Counted from the first letter of the stretch, positions 1 through 12,850 are shown. The stretch: 64,000 nt of DNA from Scyliorhinus canicula (GCF_902713615.1 NC_052170.1:9100744-9164743), one strand, 5' to 3'. The notes: generated by a model from the letters alone, not told the origin. Made by a program: numbers and translations.

Positions 1-1019
1 CCCCCTCCCCATCCCCCGCCCCCCAACCTTTGCACGTCAACGCTTATGAGCAGAGAGCGGCCAGGCCTCCATCAGGGACCCTCCCCCCACCCCCGGCTAG
101 GTCAGAGGTGCCGAGACCTCAAAACGCCAGCGAACCTGCCCCCCCAGGAATTCCCCACCCAAACAGCAGGCCAGCCGTCAAAGCTGAGGACCGTTCATGT
201 CTGAGGCCCTCTTGAGCCGCCAGGGAGGCCACAATGGCTCTTCCCCAAAGCTGATGCTCGTTGGTAATGGCGCTCGAGGGTTGCCGAGAAAGCGCGGCTA
301 CCTTTCGAACCGGAGCGGCTGCATTAATATTTCCAGCGACACCACATTCGAGGAGATAAACACAAACACAGCGCGCGGCGTTAAAACAAACTGGGCCACT
401 GCATGTAAAGCCTCTGTGTACTTGCCGCATGCACTGCAGCAAGAAAGGGGGTTTTTACACTCAACTGAGCAGGAATCTTGTGGCGTTTGCTTTTAAATTC
501 CAAGAAAAGTTGGGGGCAGCTTCAGCGGAACTTGATAAAAATCTGAGCACAGTTCGCTGGAAAAGCAGAGGGACAGGAAGCTTGTGGATGGGATAGGAAG
601 TGAAAGGCTACCAGCAGAAACAACTGTTTCAGCCAAACACAAGCACAATCATCTGTGCCCCGAGATATCTTAATCTCTCTCGTCAGGAAGGCGGGGAGAG
701 AAAGGGACTTTGCCGACGCCCCACATCTCTCACTGAACGCTATTCGCTAGGTGCTGCTCACAGCAGCTTCTCTTCCAGTGTTGGATTCAGACACACTGAC
801 CCTCGCCCATCATCGTGTACGGCGACTTAGGAAGTGCCGGATTTTGCAAGCTTTAAAATGCCTCCTGCAACTCTCCATCACGGAATGGCAGAAGGAGGCC
901 ATTTGGCCCATCGTGTCTGCGCCGGCCCTCCAAAACAAATGTCATGGCTTGGTGCCATTCCCCAGCCTTTGCCTCGTACCCCTGCGCATCGATTGAACCT
1001 ACCCCCACACACTTCCAGG

Positions 1020-1440
1020 CAGCGTACTCTGATTGGTGGCTGTGTTGCCATGGAGAATGCACCAGGGGACACTTAACTGCCACGTAACGCGAGCGAGGCA
1101 AGTCAACTCTGATTGTTAAAAGCATTAGTGTGGGGAGGAATGAACCAGGTCATGGCTGTCCCCCAAGCTGTTGTTTAGTTGAAAACGGCACAGTGCGTGG
1201 CCATGCTTTCTGTCTGCAAAGTACAGGACCGTGTGTGTGAACATATGGAGCTTCTAGCATGTGTAAGTAAGACGCACTGCAAGCCCGACTGACAATCTGA
1301 AATTGGTTTTCAGTATAATTCTAAGCATGATCAGGATTGTTTAGCTATCCAATCGAAGAATCGCATCTAATGTTGGACACTATCTTTTAAGTTTTGCAAG
1401 CACGGTCTGGTTGGCTTCGCTCTCGACTTTGCCAGTTGCA
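1020..1440 (-). mobile_element. Penelope-like element fragment, same family as 23640-24230
   Basis: Minus-strand translation RCDSSIG..NYTENQFQIVSRACS..LEAPYVHTHGPVLCRQK; shared 3' UTR sequence. Confidence 0.7.
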
Positions 1441-1951
1441 AATATCTACAATAAACATTCCTTTTCAACATCCTATGGTATAAAGATGGACCAGGTGGCA
1501 ATCCTGAAGATCTCAGAGTATCATTCTGTATCCCAGAATTAATTCTCAGATCAGTGTGGTCCAACTCTTGGTTGTTTATTTCAGGCTGTGGGGGAGAGGG
1601 GGGGGGGGGGGGGGGGGGCAGAGCAGATCATTGCACCTCTAGTGGTTCATGGATGGGATGCGAGTATCGCTGGCTCAGCCAGAATTTATTGCCCATCTCT
1701 AAATGCCCTGGAGAAGGTGAGCGAGTTGCCTCTTGAATCGCTGCAGTCCATGTGGTGTAGGTGCACCCACAGTGCTGTTAGATGGAGAGCTCTGGGATTT
1801 TGGCCCAGCCGCAGTGAAGGAAGGGCTGATATATTTCCAAGTCAGGATGTTGTGAGGGGCATGCGTGGATGGTGGCGTTCCCACGTGCCTGCTGTCCGGC
1901 GTTTTCAGTTGCAGAGAGGGTTTTAAATGTGCTGTATGTGTCGCACCATAT

Positions 1952-2150
1952 GTACTGTACACTGGAGGTACTGTACACTGGAGGTACTGTACACTGGAGG
2001 TACTGTACACTGGAGGTACTGTACACTGGAGGTACTGTACGCTGGAGGTACTGTACGCTGGAGGTACTGTACGCTGGAGGTACTGTACGCTGGAGGTACT
2101 GTACGCTGGAGGTACTGTACGCTGGAGGTACTGTACGCTAGAGGTACTGT
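1952..2150. repeat. 16-bp minisatellite GTACTGTAC[A/G]CTGGAG, ~12.4 copies
   Basis: Direct reading of tandem units. Confidence 0.97.
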
Positions 2151-2622
2151 TTGGTGGTGGTGGGAGTGAATTGTTTTTTTTATTATTTTAGATTTTTCAT
2201 GCAACGTTCTCAGTGTTAAAAGTTAAAATTAATCATATGGACTCTTACAGCAACTCATTCTTTCAGAAGGAATGAAGTCATCAACTCCCTTAGTCCTCCA
2301 AATCTACAAACTTTACAATCCAAATACTGAATCAACTAACCCTTTCCTCCGAACTAATTTCAGCCTTGTTGGTATGCCGTATTTGGAATACCAGATTGGA
2401 CGAGGAGTAATTTCCTCCTACGAAATGCCGGAACGAAGAAAGCCTTTGTCATCACAAACTCTGATCCCTACTCCAGCCCCCTCCGCTGTCGGAGGCTTCA
2501 ACCAGGCCGCTGGTCACAACCTCAGCATCCTACTTCTCCGCGAACATAGGCTTTTGACCCCAGACCCACACCACCAGCAGCAAGGACACCTACTTCCACC
2601 TCTACCACATTGCCTCCCCTGC

Positions 2623-2799
2623 CTCATCCCGCCTTCTGTTGAAGCCCTCATGCCCTCTGCTCATCCCGCCTTCTGTTGAAGCCCTCATGCCCTCTGCTCA
2701 TCCCGCCTTCTGTTGAAGCCCTCATGCCCTCTGCTCATCCCGCCTTCTGTTGAAGCCCTCATGCCCTCTGCTCATCCCGCCTTCTGTTGAAGCCCTCAT
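2623..2799. repeat. 37-bp minisatellite, ~4.8 copies, inside an L2-like remnant
   Basis: gaagccctca recurs at 2641, 2678, 2715, 2752 and 2789. Confidence 0.93.
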
Positions 2800-3136
2800 C
2801 CGTACCTCTACGTTAACTCCAGACCTGTCTGTTCCAACACTATCCTGGCCAAGCTCTATCCTTCTACCACTGTAGGCCCAGCAAAAAACTCTGCTTCTCA
2901 CATCCTACCTTACAGCACGTTGTCACAACCACTCGCCAGGCAGATTCACCTGGTCTGTTACAATTCCAGACGGGATACCCTCAAGTCATGGCAAGGTAGA
3001 ATGGTTCGCTGACTTTATTCAACCCAATTTGTCAGTCGCAACAAGGTTAATTTTTTTAAAAATACAGATCCCTTTCCTTGTGGATAGTTTATCTAATGTC
3101 CAAAGTCATTCAAGTTTCAAAAGGAGCCAGCAGGTG

Positions 3137-3330
3137 GGCGGCAGGGTGGTGCAGTGGTTAGCACTGCTGCCTCATGGTGCTGAGGGCCCGGGTTCGATCA
3201 AGGCACGGTCACTGTCCATGTGGAGTTTGCACATTCTCCCCATTTCTGCGAGGGTCTCACCCCCACAACCTAAAGATGTGCAGGGTAGGTGGATTGGCCA
3301 CGCTACATTGTCCCTTAATTTAAAAAAAAA
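3137..3330 (+). mobile_element. HE1/V-SINE, short-tail subtype
   Basis: tRNA-like head GGTGGTGCAGTGGTTAGCACTGCTGCC..GGTTCGAT plus V-domain TGGAGTTTGCACATTCTCCC. Confidence 0.9.
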
Positions 3331-3876
3331 AAGTTTTAAAAGGAGCCAATTTCACCAGGCTGGAGTTTAAGGAGTGAGTTTAAAGTTGCTAAAGTACGAG
3401 GAGAAATTAACAAAAACGCAGCAAACATACACATTAGAAATTAAAAATGAGTCCAAAATAAAAGTTGAAAAGATATACGAATCAGTCTTTGGCTTGTCTG
3501 CAAGAAGATGGTGAAACGTTGCGGCCATTAAGTTGGGTGATTCTGGTAGCGCTGATTCTGGTGGTTGAGCAGCTGATTTGGAGATTGTTGGTTCTGCAGG
3601 TTAGCTGAAAGGAATTTGACCCGTTACCTTTTCGACTATGGCGTTTCTGTCTTGCCTCCAGAAATCAGAGAGGGAAAAAACCTGCAAGAGTAGAAGTGGC
3701 TAGATGTTCATCAGCTGTGACCCTCACAGCACAGTAGCACATCAGAGCTAGAACCCCAGATTGGCACACAGGGACCAGATTGAAATTGTTTTTTTAAACC
3801 CTTTTCTTGTGCATTCCTGGAAGGGGGGAAAACACAAACATGACTTGGATATAACTCATGGAAGCGAGTTTAGTTA

Positions 3877-4331
3877 TAGAATTTCTACAGTGCAGAAGGA
3901 GACCATTCGGCCCATTGAGTCTGCACCCACCCTCTGAAAGAGCACATACTCCCTAGGCCCAATATCGCACCCTATCACCGTAACTCCACCTAGGGTCAAT
4001 TTGGCACGTTCAATCCACTTAACATTAAAATGAAATTAAATGAAAATCGCTTGTCACAAGTAGGCTTCAATGAAGTTACTGTGAAAAGCCCCTAGTCGCC
4101 ACAATCCGGCGCCTGTTCGGGGAGGCTGGTACGGGAATTGAACCGTGCTGCTGGCCTGCCTTGGTCTGCTTTAAAAGCCAGAGATTTAGCCCAGTGTGCT
4201 AAACCAGCTGTGGGAGGAAACACACACAGACACGGGGAGAACGTGCAAACTCCAGACAGACAGTCACCCGAGGTCGGAATCGAACCCGAGTCTCTGGCGC
4301 TGAGGCAGTAGTGCTAACCACTGTGCCACCC
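3877..4331 (-). mobile_element. HE1 SINE with a nested short SINE (4027-4209)
   Basis: CR1-type tail at 3877, head at 4331, interrupted. Confidence 0.85.
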
Positions 4332-4879
4332 ATTTCTGCCGTGACGGGAATCAGGTTCCATTATCCACACAGGAGAATACAGTGTGATTTGCATTGCATC
4401 TCGCCCTTTGAAATGTCTTCCACTGAAAAGAGTGCAACATTCCGTTGTCTCTCTCGATACTCAGTAGAACCCAGGCAAGTGGTTACATTGCAGGCTCAGA
4501 CAGATTTTGATTGTACGTCCTTTTTCTATTAAAAAAAAATTCCTTATTGAAGTTCAACACGTCCGTACATAATTCGAGAAGATGGTCCAATGCCGTGACA
4601 AAGTCCTGTGCACCTGTTACTCCCGGTGTTTGATGGCAGGGACTGACCCCCCAGTCTAGCCATGCCTCAATCTTAAAATTCTCACCGCTGTTTCAACTCC
4701 ACCTGCGGATTCACCTACCCCTCAATCCCCCTGCCTCCCCCACCCCTCCAAGCCATGGGACAAACCACTAAGCAAACAAGGCAGATGCCAAGGGGGGGAA
4801 AAATTTGAGAGGCAGCAAAAAAACTGAATAAACCAACCATGAAACTATGTAAGTAAACACGCAGGCTTCAGCAGTGGAG

Positions 4880-5059
4880 ATGAAATGAAATGAAATGAAA
4901 ATCGCTTATTGTCACGAGTAGACTTCAATGAAGTTACTGTGAAAAGCCCCTAGTCGCCACATTCCGGCGCCTGTCAGGGGAGGCTGGTACGGGAATCGAA
5001 CCGTGCTGCTGGCCTGCTTTAAAAGCCAGCGATTTAGCCAAGTGAGCTAAACCAGCCCC
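4880..5059 (-). mobile_element. Short tail-X SINE (another copy at 4027-4209)
   Basis: Reverse complement of the 28427-28612 type. Confidence 0.88.
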
Positions 5060-5370
5060 TACTGATATACATCCACATGAACCGTACATACCTTTAGATG
5101 TCCACATATTTGCATTGCCATCTTTCCCACAGTTTCACATTACGGGCAGTCCTCAACTTTACAAAGTTCAAGTTCCGACAAACGGCACTGACAAAATTTA
5201 TAAATTGACACTCTGCAGTGTTTTGAATTTGCAATCTCGGATCCAGCTCCATGTCGCCAGGTAGTGAACAAGGTCCAACACTGATACATGGGCATCAACG
5301 TTCTGCGCCGCACAACTCCCTGACTCATGGCAATCACATGCCGCTCCGAAGCATTTTTACTTGAGGAAAG

Positions 5371-5675
5371 GGCGACAGTACTGCTGCCTCACAACGCCAG
5401 GGACCAGGGTTCGATTCTGGCCTCGGGTGACTGCCTTGCATGGAGTTTACACTTTCTCCCCCTGTCTGCGTGGGTTTCCTCCGGTTTCCTCCCACGGTTC
5501 AAAAAAGTGCAATTTAGGTGGATTGGCCGAGTTAAATTGCCCCTTCGTGAGGTGCATGTTGGATGGGACTACGGGGATAGGGCAGGGGAGTGGGCCGAGG
5601 TAGGGTGCCCTTTCGGAGGGTCAGTGCAGACTCAATGGGCCGAATGGTCTCCTTCTGCACTGTAGGACATCTATG
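5371..5675 (+). mobile_element. HE1 SINE
   Basis: Head, V-domain and CR1 tail gggccgaatgg..ctgcactgta. Confidence 0.9.
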
Positions 5676-5861
5676 GTACTCGGTGAATCTTTGAGTTTCC
5701 AAACTTTTTCTTAAGTTTACATATTACAATATTAATTTATTTGCTATATTATTTTTTTTTAATACTTGATGGAGTAAAAGATCCTGGGTTATTTTGGTAA
5801 AAATGGTATCAGGCCTTAGTTCAGGAACCAATTTCCAATTTTTTTTTTTTTAATTTTTTTT

Positions 5862-6081
5862 TTATAAATTTAGATTAGCCAATTATTTTTTCCAATTAAG
5901 GGGCAATTTAGCGTGGCCAATCCACCTACTCTGCACATTTTTGGGTTGTGGGGGCGAAACTCACGCAGACACGGGGAGAACGTGCAAACTCCACACGGAC
6001 AGTGACCCAGAGCCGGGATCGAACTTGAGACCTCAGCGCTGCGAGGCGGTTGTGCTAACCACTAGGCCACTGTGCTGCCCC
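5862..6081 (-). mobile_element. HE1/V-SINE, short-tail subtype
   Basis: Reverse head and V-domain. Confidence 0.9.
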
Positions 6082-6164
6082 CAATTTCCAATTTATAACA
6101 CTTATGGCAAATTAGTTCTAACTTGCAATGTTTCGGCTGAAAATGCAGTTTTCAGGAAGCAATT

Positions 6165-6492
6165 CATAGAATCATAGAATCCCCATAGTGCAGAAGGAAG
6201 CCATTCGGCCCATCGAGTCTGCACTGACCCTCTGAAACAGCATTCTATCCAAGCTCACTCCCTGCCCTATCCCAATAACCCCTTGCCCTAACCTGCACAT
6301 CCCTGGACATTAAGGGGCAATTTTAGCGTGGCCAATCAGCCCAACCTTTGGGACTGTGGGAGGAAACAAGAGCACCGGGAGGAATCCCACGCAGACACGG
6401 GGGAGAACGTCCACACAGACGGTCACCCAAGGCTGGAATCGAACCCGGGTCCCTCGCGCTCTGAGGCAGCAGCGCTAACCACTGTGCCACCC
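6165..6492 (-). mobile_element. HE1 SINE
   Basis: Reverse head, V-domain and catagaatcatagaat tail. Confidence 0.9.
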
Positions 6493-7350
6493 CTGTCGCA
6501 AATGTGGTAAGTTCCGAGGACTGCCTGTATATTCCTCATCGTTGACGCAGCAGTTGTATAAATTTGTACACCTACGTGACTTATCCAAAACTGCGAACCG
6601 GTAAAGAATATTAAAGAACACAACTTAATCCAGCTTGCTGATTATTGATTATGTAAACGGGGCACAAAATCATTTTGTGACTGTTGCAGGAACGCATGGT
6701 ATGACATTGTGAACCATACTGCACACTAGAAAGCGCATTTCTCCCAGTACACACCCTGCGAAAAGTGTTGAACGATGTGAATTTGCAATCAGTATCATTA
6801 TCTCCTATACCCATGTGAAATAAATCTGTAATTATAAATGTGGGATTTCTATTCATGCTAATGCACAATATTAATTCACAAAATAATAGGGGGTGGGGGG
6901 GGGTGCATAATACTCCTGGACTGACCGCCTCCTCCTCCCTATATCCAGTGCTACAACCATCCGGGGTCTCTGCATTCCTCTTATTGAGCATTTCCAATCG
7001 CCATTTGCATCCATGCTTCCAGCCGTCTGGCACACAGACTCTGTAATTTCCTCCCTAAATCTCTCGGCCTCTCCCGCCACCCCCCAACTTCTAAGACATT
7101 CCTTGAACCTACCTCACACACGAGAGCGTTATCAAACAAGGCTAGACGCGGGACCATCCGAGTAGGTTTTGGGAGAGAGCAACAGTAGATCGTTCGAAAC
7201 GGTGAGCTCCATTTGAAAAATATTTTTATTCAACAAGATTTTCTTTATAACAAAAGGCAGTGCAGCAAATCCCCACACCGTATTGTACCAGAGCTACATC
7301 CACTCAAAATCAGTAAGCTTTAAAAGGAGCGTCGTGAAGGAGGTCAGCTA

Positions 7351-7560
7351 GGGCAACACGGTGGCGCAGTGGTTAGCACTGCTGCCTCATGGTGCCGATT
7401 TTCCAGATTCTATCCCGGCTCTGGGTCACTGTCCGTGTGGAGTTTGCACATTCTCCCCGTGTCTGCGTGGTTTCGCCCCCAAAACCAAAAGATGTGCAAG
7501 GTGGGTGGATTGGCCACGCTAAATTGCCCCTTAATTGGAAACTCTAAATTTATTTTTAAA
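7351..7560 (+). mobile_element. HE1/V-SINE, short-tail subtype
   Basis: Head and V-domain. Confidence 0.9.
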
Positions 7561-7874
7561 AAGAGGTCAGCAGAGTTGCCAACCCCTCCCAGAATTGGCC
7601 TGGAATCTTCAGGAATTGAAGATCAATATCCACGACGTTGCTGTGCGCAATGGTGAAGAATCATCAGGGCATTAAAGAGACTTTGTTTTCCTCTTCATTT
7701 TCTTTGTACCAGATGTAAAGTTATTGAAAATTGGATTAAACAGGTGTTTGACTGACACCATCCAATTGGGCAATGGGTTTTTTTTCTCTCCAGTTGGTGT
7801 AGCAAGGCCGTGCGACACAAGAATTGGACGTGTTGGCCGACTAATAGCTGGAGGATGGGTAAAGTTTAAAAAAA

Positions 7875-8085
7875 ATAAATTTAGAGTACCCCATTCATTT
7901 TTCCAATTAAAGGGGCAATTTAGTGTGGCCAAATCACCTGCAAGACACATTTTTTGGGATGTGGGGGCGAAACCCACGCAAACACGGGGAGAATGTGCAA
8001 ACTCCACACGGACAGTGACCCAGAGCCGGGATCGAACCCGGGTTCTCGTCGCCATGAGGCAGCACTGCTAACCACTGTGCCACCC
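7875..8085 (-). mobile_element. HE1/V-SINE, short-tail subtype
   Basis: Reverse head and V-domain. Confidence 0.9.
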
Positions 8086-8179
8086 TTGGCTGGGGGCAAG
8101 TTACGAGATGAAAACCCCCCCGGAATATATTTAATTGCAGTCGGCAACGTTTGGGAGAGAGAAGATCGTAATTTCATCA

Positions 8180-8472
8180 TCTTTATTATTATCGCCACAA
8201 GTAGGTTTACATTAACACTGCAGTGAAGTTACTGTGAAAATCCCCTAGTTGCCACATTCCGGTGCCTGTTCGGGTACACAGAGGGAGAATTCAGAATGTC
8301 CAATTCACCAGACGAACACGTCTTTCAGGAGTTGTGGGAGGAAACCGGAGCACCTGGAGGAAACCCATGCACACACAGGAAAAATGGGCAGACTCCGCTC
8401 AGGCAGTGACCCAAGCCGGGAATCGAACCTGGGACCCGGGCGCTCTGAAGCAACAGTGCTAACCACTGTGCT
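8180..8472 (-). mobile_element. V-SINE with alternative tail X
   Basis: HE1 head joined to the ...ggggattttcacagtaacttca.. tail. Confidence 0.85.
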
Positions 8473-9294
8473 ACTGAGGGACAGAGAGGTTTAGGGCAGG
8501 AATTCCAGAACTTGGGAGCACAGGCAGCTGAAGGCAGGGCCGCTAACGGCGCAGCAAAGAAAAATCAACGCACAAGGTCAGGACTGGAGGAGCACCAAGA
8601 TCGGAGGGTTGTAGGGATGGAGGAGGTGACCGAGGCCATGGAAGGACCTTAAAACAAGGAGGTGAATTTGAAAACTTGAGGCATCGTGGGACTTGCTGCC
8701 TGCCTGTAGACTTAACAGATTCTGATTGAAAACTAATGAAAAACACATTGCAAAAATGCAATTCGGAAAGAATTACTGTGTATAACATCCGAGGATAGTT
8801 GTTCTATATAATCTTAAAAAACATTGGAAACAGCGCCATCATGTGGCTGAAGCTCAAGCTTGGCCATGCAGTTCACCTATGCAGGCAAAGCCAGCAAAAA
8901 ATGTACTTCACACAGGTCTGCGAGGTCACATTCATAAAACAGACAAAAAAAAACGCCAATTAAAATGAAGCTTGAATTTATTTTATTGCAAAGCTGAGTA
9001 ATGCAGGTGTACCCAGCGTCTATTGGGGTAATTCTGCCTCAATAAGGCATCTTATTAACCTCACAAGACAGTGACGTATTGGGTAGAATTCGGACTGTGG
9101 CACAAACTGGGCAGTGTTGAAATGGTCGCCCATCATGCGGCCTACCCAATATATGGCTTCATTGACTGCAGTGTAACAGTTTCCAATGAGATTGTCTGCA
9201 GGACTCCCATACAATCCTGCCCAGATTTCTACCCCATACATTTTCCCCCACCAGCCACCCTGCAGCCCATCTCAGTCAGATTGTCAAATTAGTG

Positions 9295-9649
9295 CAGGGG
9301 TGGGCAAACTACGGCCCGCGGGCCGCATGCGGCCCGCCAAAGGTATTTCTGCGGCCCTCCAAGTCATTAAAAAAATAAATAAAAACATTTTAAAGGTTAA
9401 TGGGTGGGGGGGCTGTTGGGTTACTTACTGGTATAGGGTGGATACGTTGACTTGAGTAGGGTGATCATTGCTTGGCACAACGTCGAGGGCCGAAGGGCCT
9501 GTTCTGTGCTGTACTGTTCTATGTTCTATATGAGGCGCCCAGAATCATAACCGGGTGAAGTAATTATTTTACTTAATATACTATGCGGCCCTTTGTGAAT
9601 TGTGAATTTCTGAATGCGGCCCTTGCACGGAAAAGTTTGCCCACCCCTG
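9295..9649. mobile_element. Non-autonomous hAT (Charlie-like) DNA transposon / MITE
   Basis: Perfect 16-bp TIRs CAGGGGTGGGCAAACT / AGTTTGCCCACCCCTG; perfect 8-bp TSD AATTAGTG (9287-9294, 9650-9657); subterminal GCGGCCC repeats. Confidence 0.93.
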
Positions 9650-9711
9650 AATTAGTGCCTTCCGCCTGCTTTACGTTCAGCCATTTGGGGGGGGGGGAAT
9701 GAATTGTTGAT

Positions 9712-10020
9712 CTAGTATCCCTCCGCTGCGGAAGGAGGCCATTTGGCACATCGGGTCTGCACCAGACCTTGCTCCGATAGAGCATCCTATTTGGGCCCAG
9801 TCCCTCGCAACCCCACCCAACTCTTTGGGCAATATTTGCGTGGCCAATCCACCTAACCTGCACATCTTTGGACTGTGGGAGGATAGCGCAGCACCCGGAG
9901 GAAACCCACGCAGACACGGGGAGAAAGTGCAAACTCCACACATCATCCGAGCTCGGAATCGAACCTGGGTCCCTGGCACTGAGAGGCTGCAGTGCTAACC
10001 ACCGTGCCATCGAGCCGCCC
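9712..10020 (-). mobile_element. HE1 SINE
   Basis: Reverse head, V-domain and tail. Confidence 0.85.
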
Positions 10021-10573
10021 CAAGTTCACTTGTCAAGTTGAAGCTACACTATCAATTGCAAAAGCTCTTGGGGATGACCCAATGAGGAATGAAATTGGGT
10101 GGGGTGGGGGGGGGAGAAACACAGTCCAACACCAAATTACTATTTAATTGGTGCAAACTGTACTTGCGCCGATATCAGGCGAGTGTGATTTTGGGTTCAG
10201 CTACGAAGCTCCCGGCGAATGGTTCGCCCACGTGGCTCGGAGGCCAGCAGGGCTGTCATCATCGCAACAAAAAAAACCCGAGGGGCCGAGTCAGAGCAAA
10301 TGAAAGGAAGCGCAGGAGCAAGAGGGAACTTACATCTGTCTTCAGTGTGTCCATGATATGCTATAGCGCCCAGTGAATGACTTCATGAAGCACAGCCACT
10401 GTTGCACTGTGAGGAACACGGCAGATTTTCACATGGAACTAATTACACAGCAAGATGCCACCAACAGCGCCAAGCCAAATGAATAAAAGGAAAACCACTA
10501 TGGGTGCTGGAAATCTGAAAGGGAAACTGAAAACGCTGGAAACATTCAGAGGGTATAGCAGCATCTGGGAGGT

Positions 10574-10721
10574 CTGTGGGAGGAAACCGGAGCACCCTGA
10601 GAAAACCCACGCAGACACGGGGAGACCGTGCAGACTCCACACAGTGACCCAGCGGGGAATCGAACCTGGGACCCTGGCGCTGTGAAGCCATAGTGCTCAC
10701 CACCATGCTACTGTGCTGCCC
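10574..10721 (-). mobile_element. HE1 SINE 5' half
   Basis: Reverse head and partial V-domain. Confidence 0.85.
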
Positions 10722-11580
10722 ATCTTCCCAATATTCAGCTGAAGGCCATTTCTGCTCATCAAATGTAGAGGCAGTGTAGGGGTTGAGAGAGGTGGTAGTG
10801 GATCGGTGGGAATGGGTGTCATCAGTACTTCAATTTACTTTCATCCTGCACCCATACCGACCTAAATTTCAATGCTTCCTTAGCCATGCAGAGAAACCGA
10901 AATATTAACACCCACTAATATAAAAACATATCACTGAGCAATAGGTTTCATGTAAAGACAAGCTACCAAAAGGATAATATAATGCATACAAGAATGATAG
11001 GACTTCCCATCCATTGAACGGTTACCTCTGTGCCCAGAGTTACAGATGGAGATGACCATTCAACCCATTTGTGTTCATTTATTCAGAAAGATCCTGAATT
11101 TCTCCTCCCCCATCCTGCTCCTGCATCCACCATTGCCTTCGTTCCCCAATCTGTAAGATCACTGCCGCTGCATCACCAGGATCTCACAGATAAGCCTTCA
11201 GCTTACCTTTCAGAGGACTGAGCGGCGTCCGTCCCTTGTCCGGCCCCAGTTCAATTTAGCGTTAACAATTGGGTGCCGCTTTTTTCCCCCCCACAACTTC
11301 CCGATTTGCGGGGAAACCTCCCGACTGCGAACCTTCCAGCCGAAGAAAGCCCAGGTTTTCACCGGCCTGGCTTTGGAACTCAAACAGGGATTCAAAATGC
11401 CGCACAACACTTCGCTCGCCAGCGAATGCCAGCGCGGCCAACATCCATTTCCAAGTCACGGTACTCGATTAGCTTTGTTCCATTGTGGAGCTTGTTGCAG
11501 ACATCTGGAACAACGACCCAATTCCCCCATATTTGTCAGTGATCCGTCAGCAAACTGCATCCCTACAGTAGTCCATAGTA

Positions 11581-11927
11581 GGGGCAGCAGGGTAGCATGG
11601 TGGTTAGCATAAATGCTTCATAGCTCCAGGGTCCCAGGTTCGATTCCCGGCTGGGTCACTGTCTGTGCGGAGTCTGCACGTCCTACCCCTGTGTGCGTGG
11701 GTTTCCTCCGGGTGCTCCGGTTTCCTCCCACAGTCCAAAGATGTGCGGGTTAGGTGGATTGGCCATGCTAAATTGCCCGTAGTGTCCTAATAAAAAAAGT
11801 AAGGTTAAGGGGGGGTTGTTGGGTTACGGGTATAGGGTGGATATGTGGGTTTGAGTAGGGTGATCATGGCTCGGCACAACATTGAGGGCCGAAGGGCCTG
11901 TTCTGTGCTGTACTGTTCTATGTTCTA
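11581..11927 (+). mobile_element. Full-length young HE1 SINE
   Basis: Complete head, V-domain and tail gggccgaagggcctgttctgtgctgtactgttctatgttcta; very similar to 59510-59796. Confidence 0.95.
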
Positions 11928-12471
11928 AAATGCCCGATGCAGTTGCCGAGGGTCGGAAAGGGGCAGTACCGAGCGGTACAAAGTATTCGAATTACACAGT
12001 ATCTACAGCAGGCCATGCAGTCCCCACTGATCCGTGCTCCACACAAGGTTGCTCACTCCCTGTCTTCTCCCACCCCCTTCATCCTATCCTGGCGCAGGCA
12101 TTCCAGTGTTGTTATTAGAGGTTAACTAAAATATAACGATGTTCTGGTGAAGTTTATTTTAAACACAACGGCGTACTGAACTCAGAAAGAGCAGTAACAT
12201 TATTGCTCAGTGTCACAGCCCAGGGTTGGACACATTTTTAAAAATTTATTTAAGGGATGTGGGCGTCTGGGCCAGCATTTATTGCCCATCCCAAACTGCC
12301 CTCCATTTCAGAGGGGCATTTGAGAGTCAACCACATTGCTGTGGATCTGGATTGACATGTAGGCCAGACCAGGTAAGGACGGCAGATTTCCTTCCCTAAA
12401 AGGACATTAGTGAACCAGATGGGTTTTTACAACAATCGACAATTATTTCATGGTCATCATTAGACTTTTCG

Positions 12472-12775
12472 AACCATAGAATACCTACAGTGCAGGAGGA
12501 GGCCATTCGGCCCATTGAGCCTCTGAAATAGCACCCTACCTAGGTCCAGTCCTCCGCCCCATCCCTGTAACCCTACCAAACATGCACATCCTTGGATACT
12601 AAGAGGGCAAATGATCATGGTCAATCCACCTAACCTGCCCTTCTTTGGACTGTGGGAGGAAACCGGAGCACCCATCGACACGTGGTTTATGTGCAAACTC
12701 CACACCAAGTCACCCAAGGCTGGAATTGAACCCTGGCACGGCGAGGCAGCAGTCCTAACCACTCTGCCTCCCCGC
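12472..12775 (-). mobile_element. HE1 SINE nested in the older SINE
   Basis: Reverse head, V-domain and tail. Confidence 0.85.
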
Positions 12776-12850
12776 AATTAATTCCGGATTTTTATTGAAT
12801 TCAAATTTCACCATCTGCCGCAGTGGGATTCGAACCAACAGCCCCCAGAT

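Noticed and set aside
1367-1586. Minus-strand ORF behind a poly-C acceptor-like site
   Set aside because: Runs into Penelope-derived sequence with no recognisable protein, and the pyrimidine tract is a simple homopolymer.
1865-2204. Overlapping repetitive ORFs; CRISPR-like look of the tandem arrays
   Set aside because: Products of a minisatellite with no unique spacers, in a eukaryotic context.
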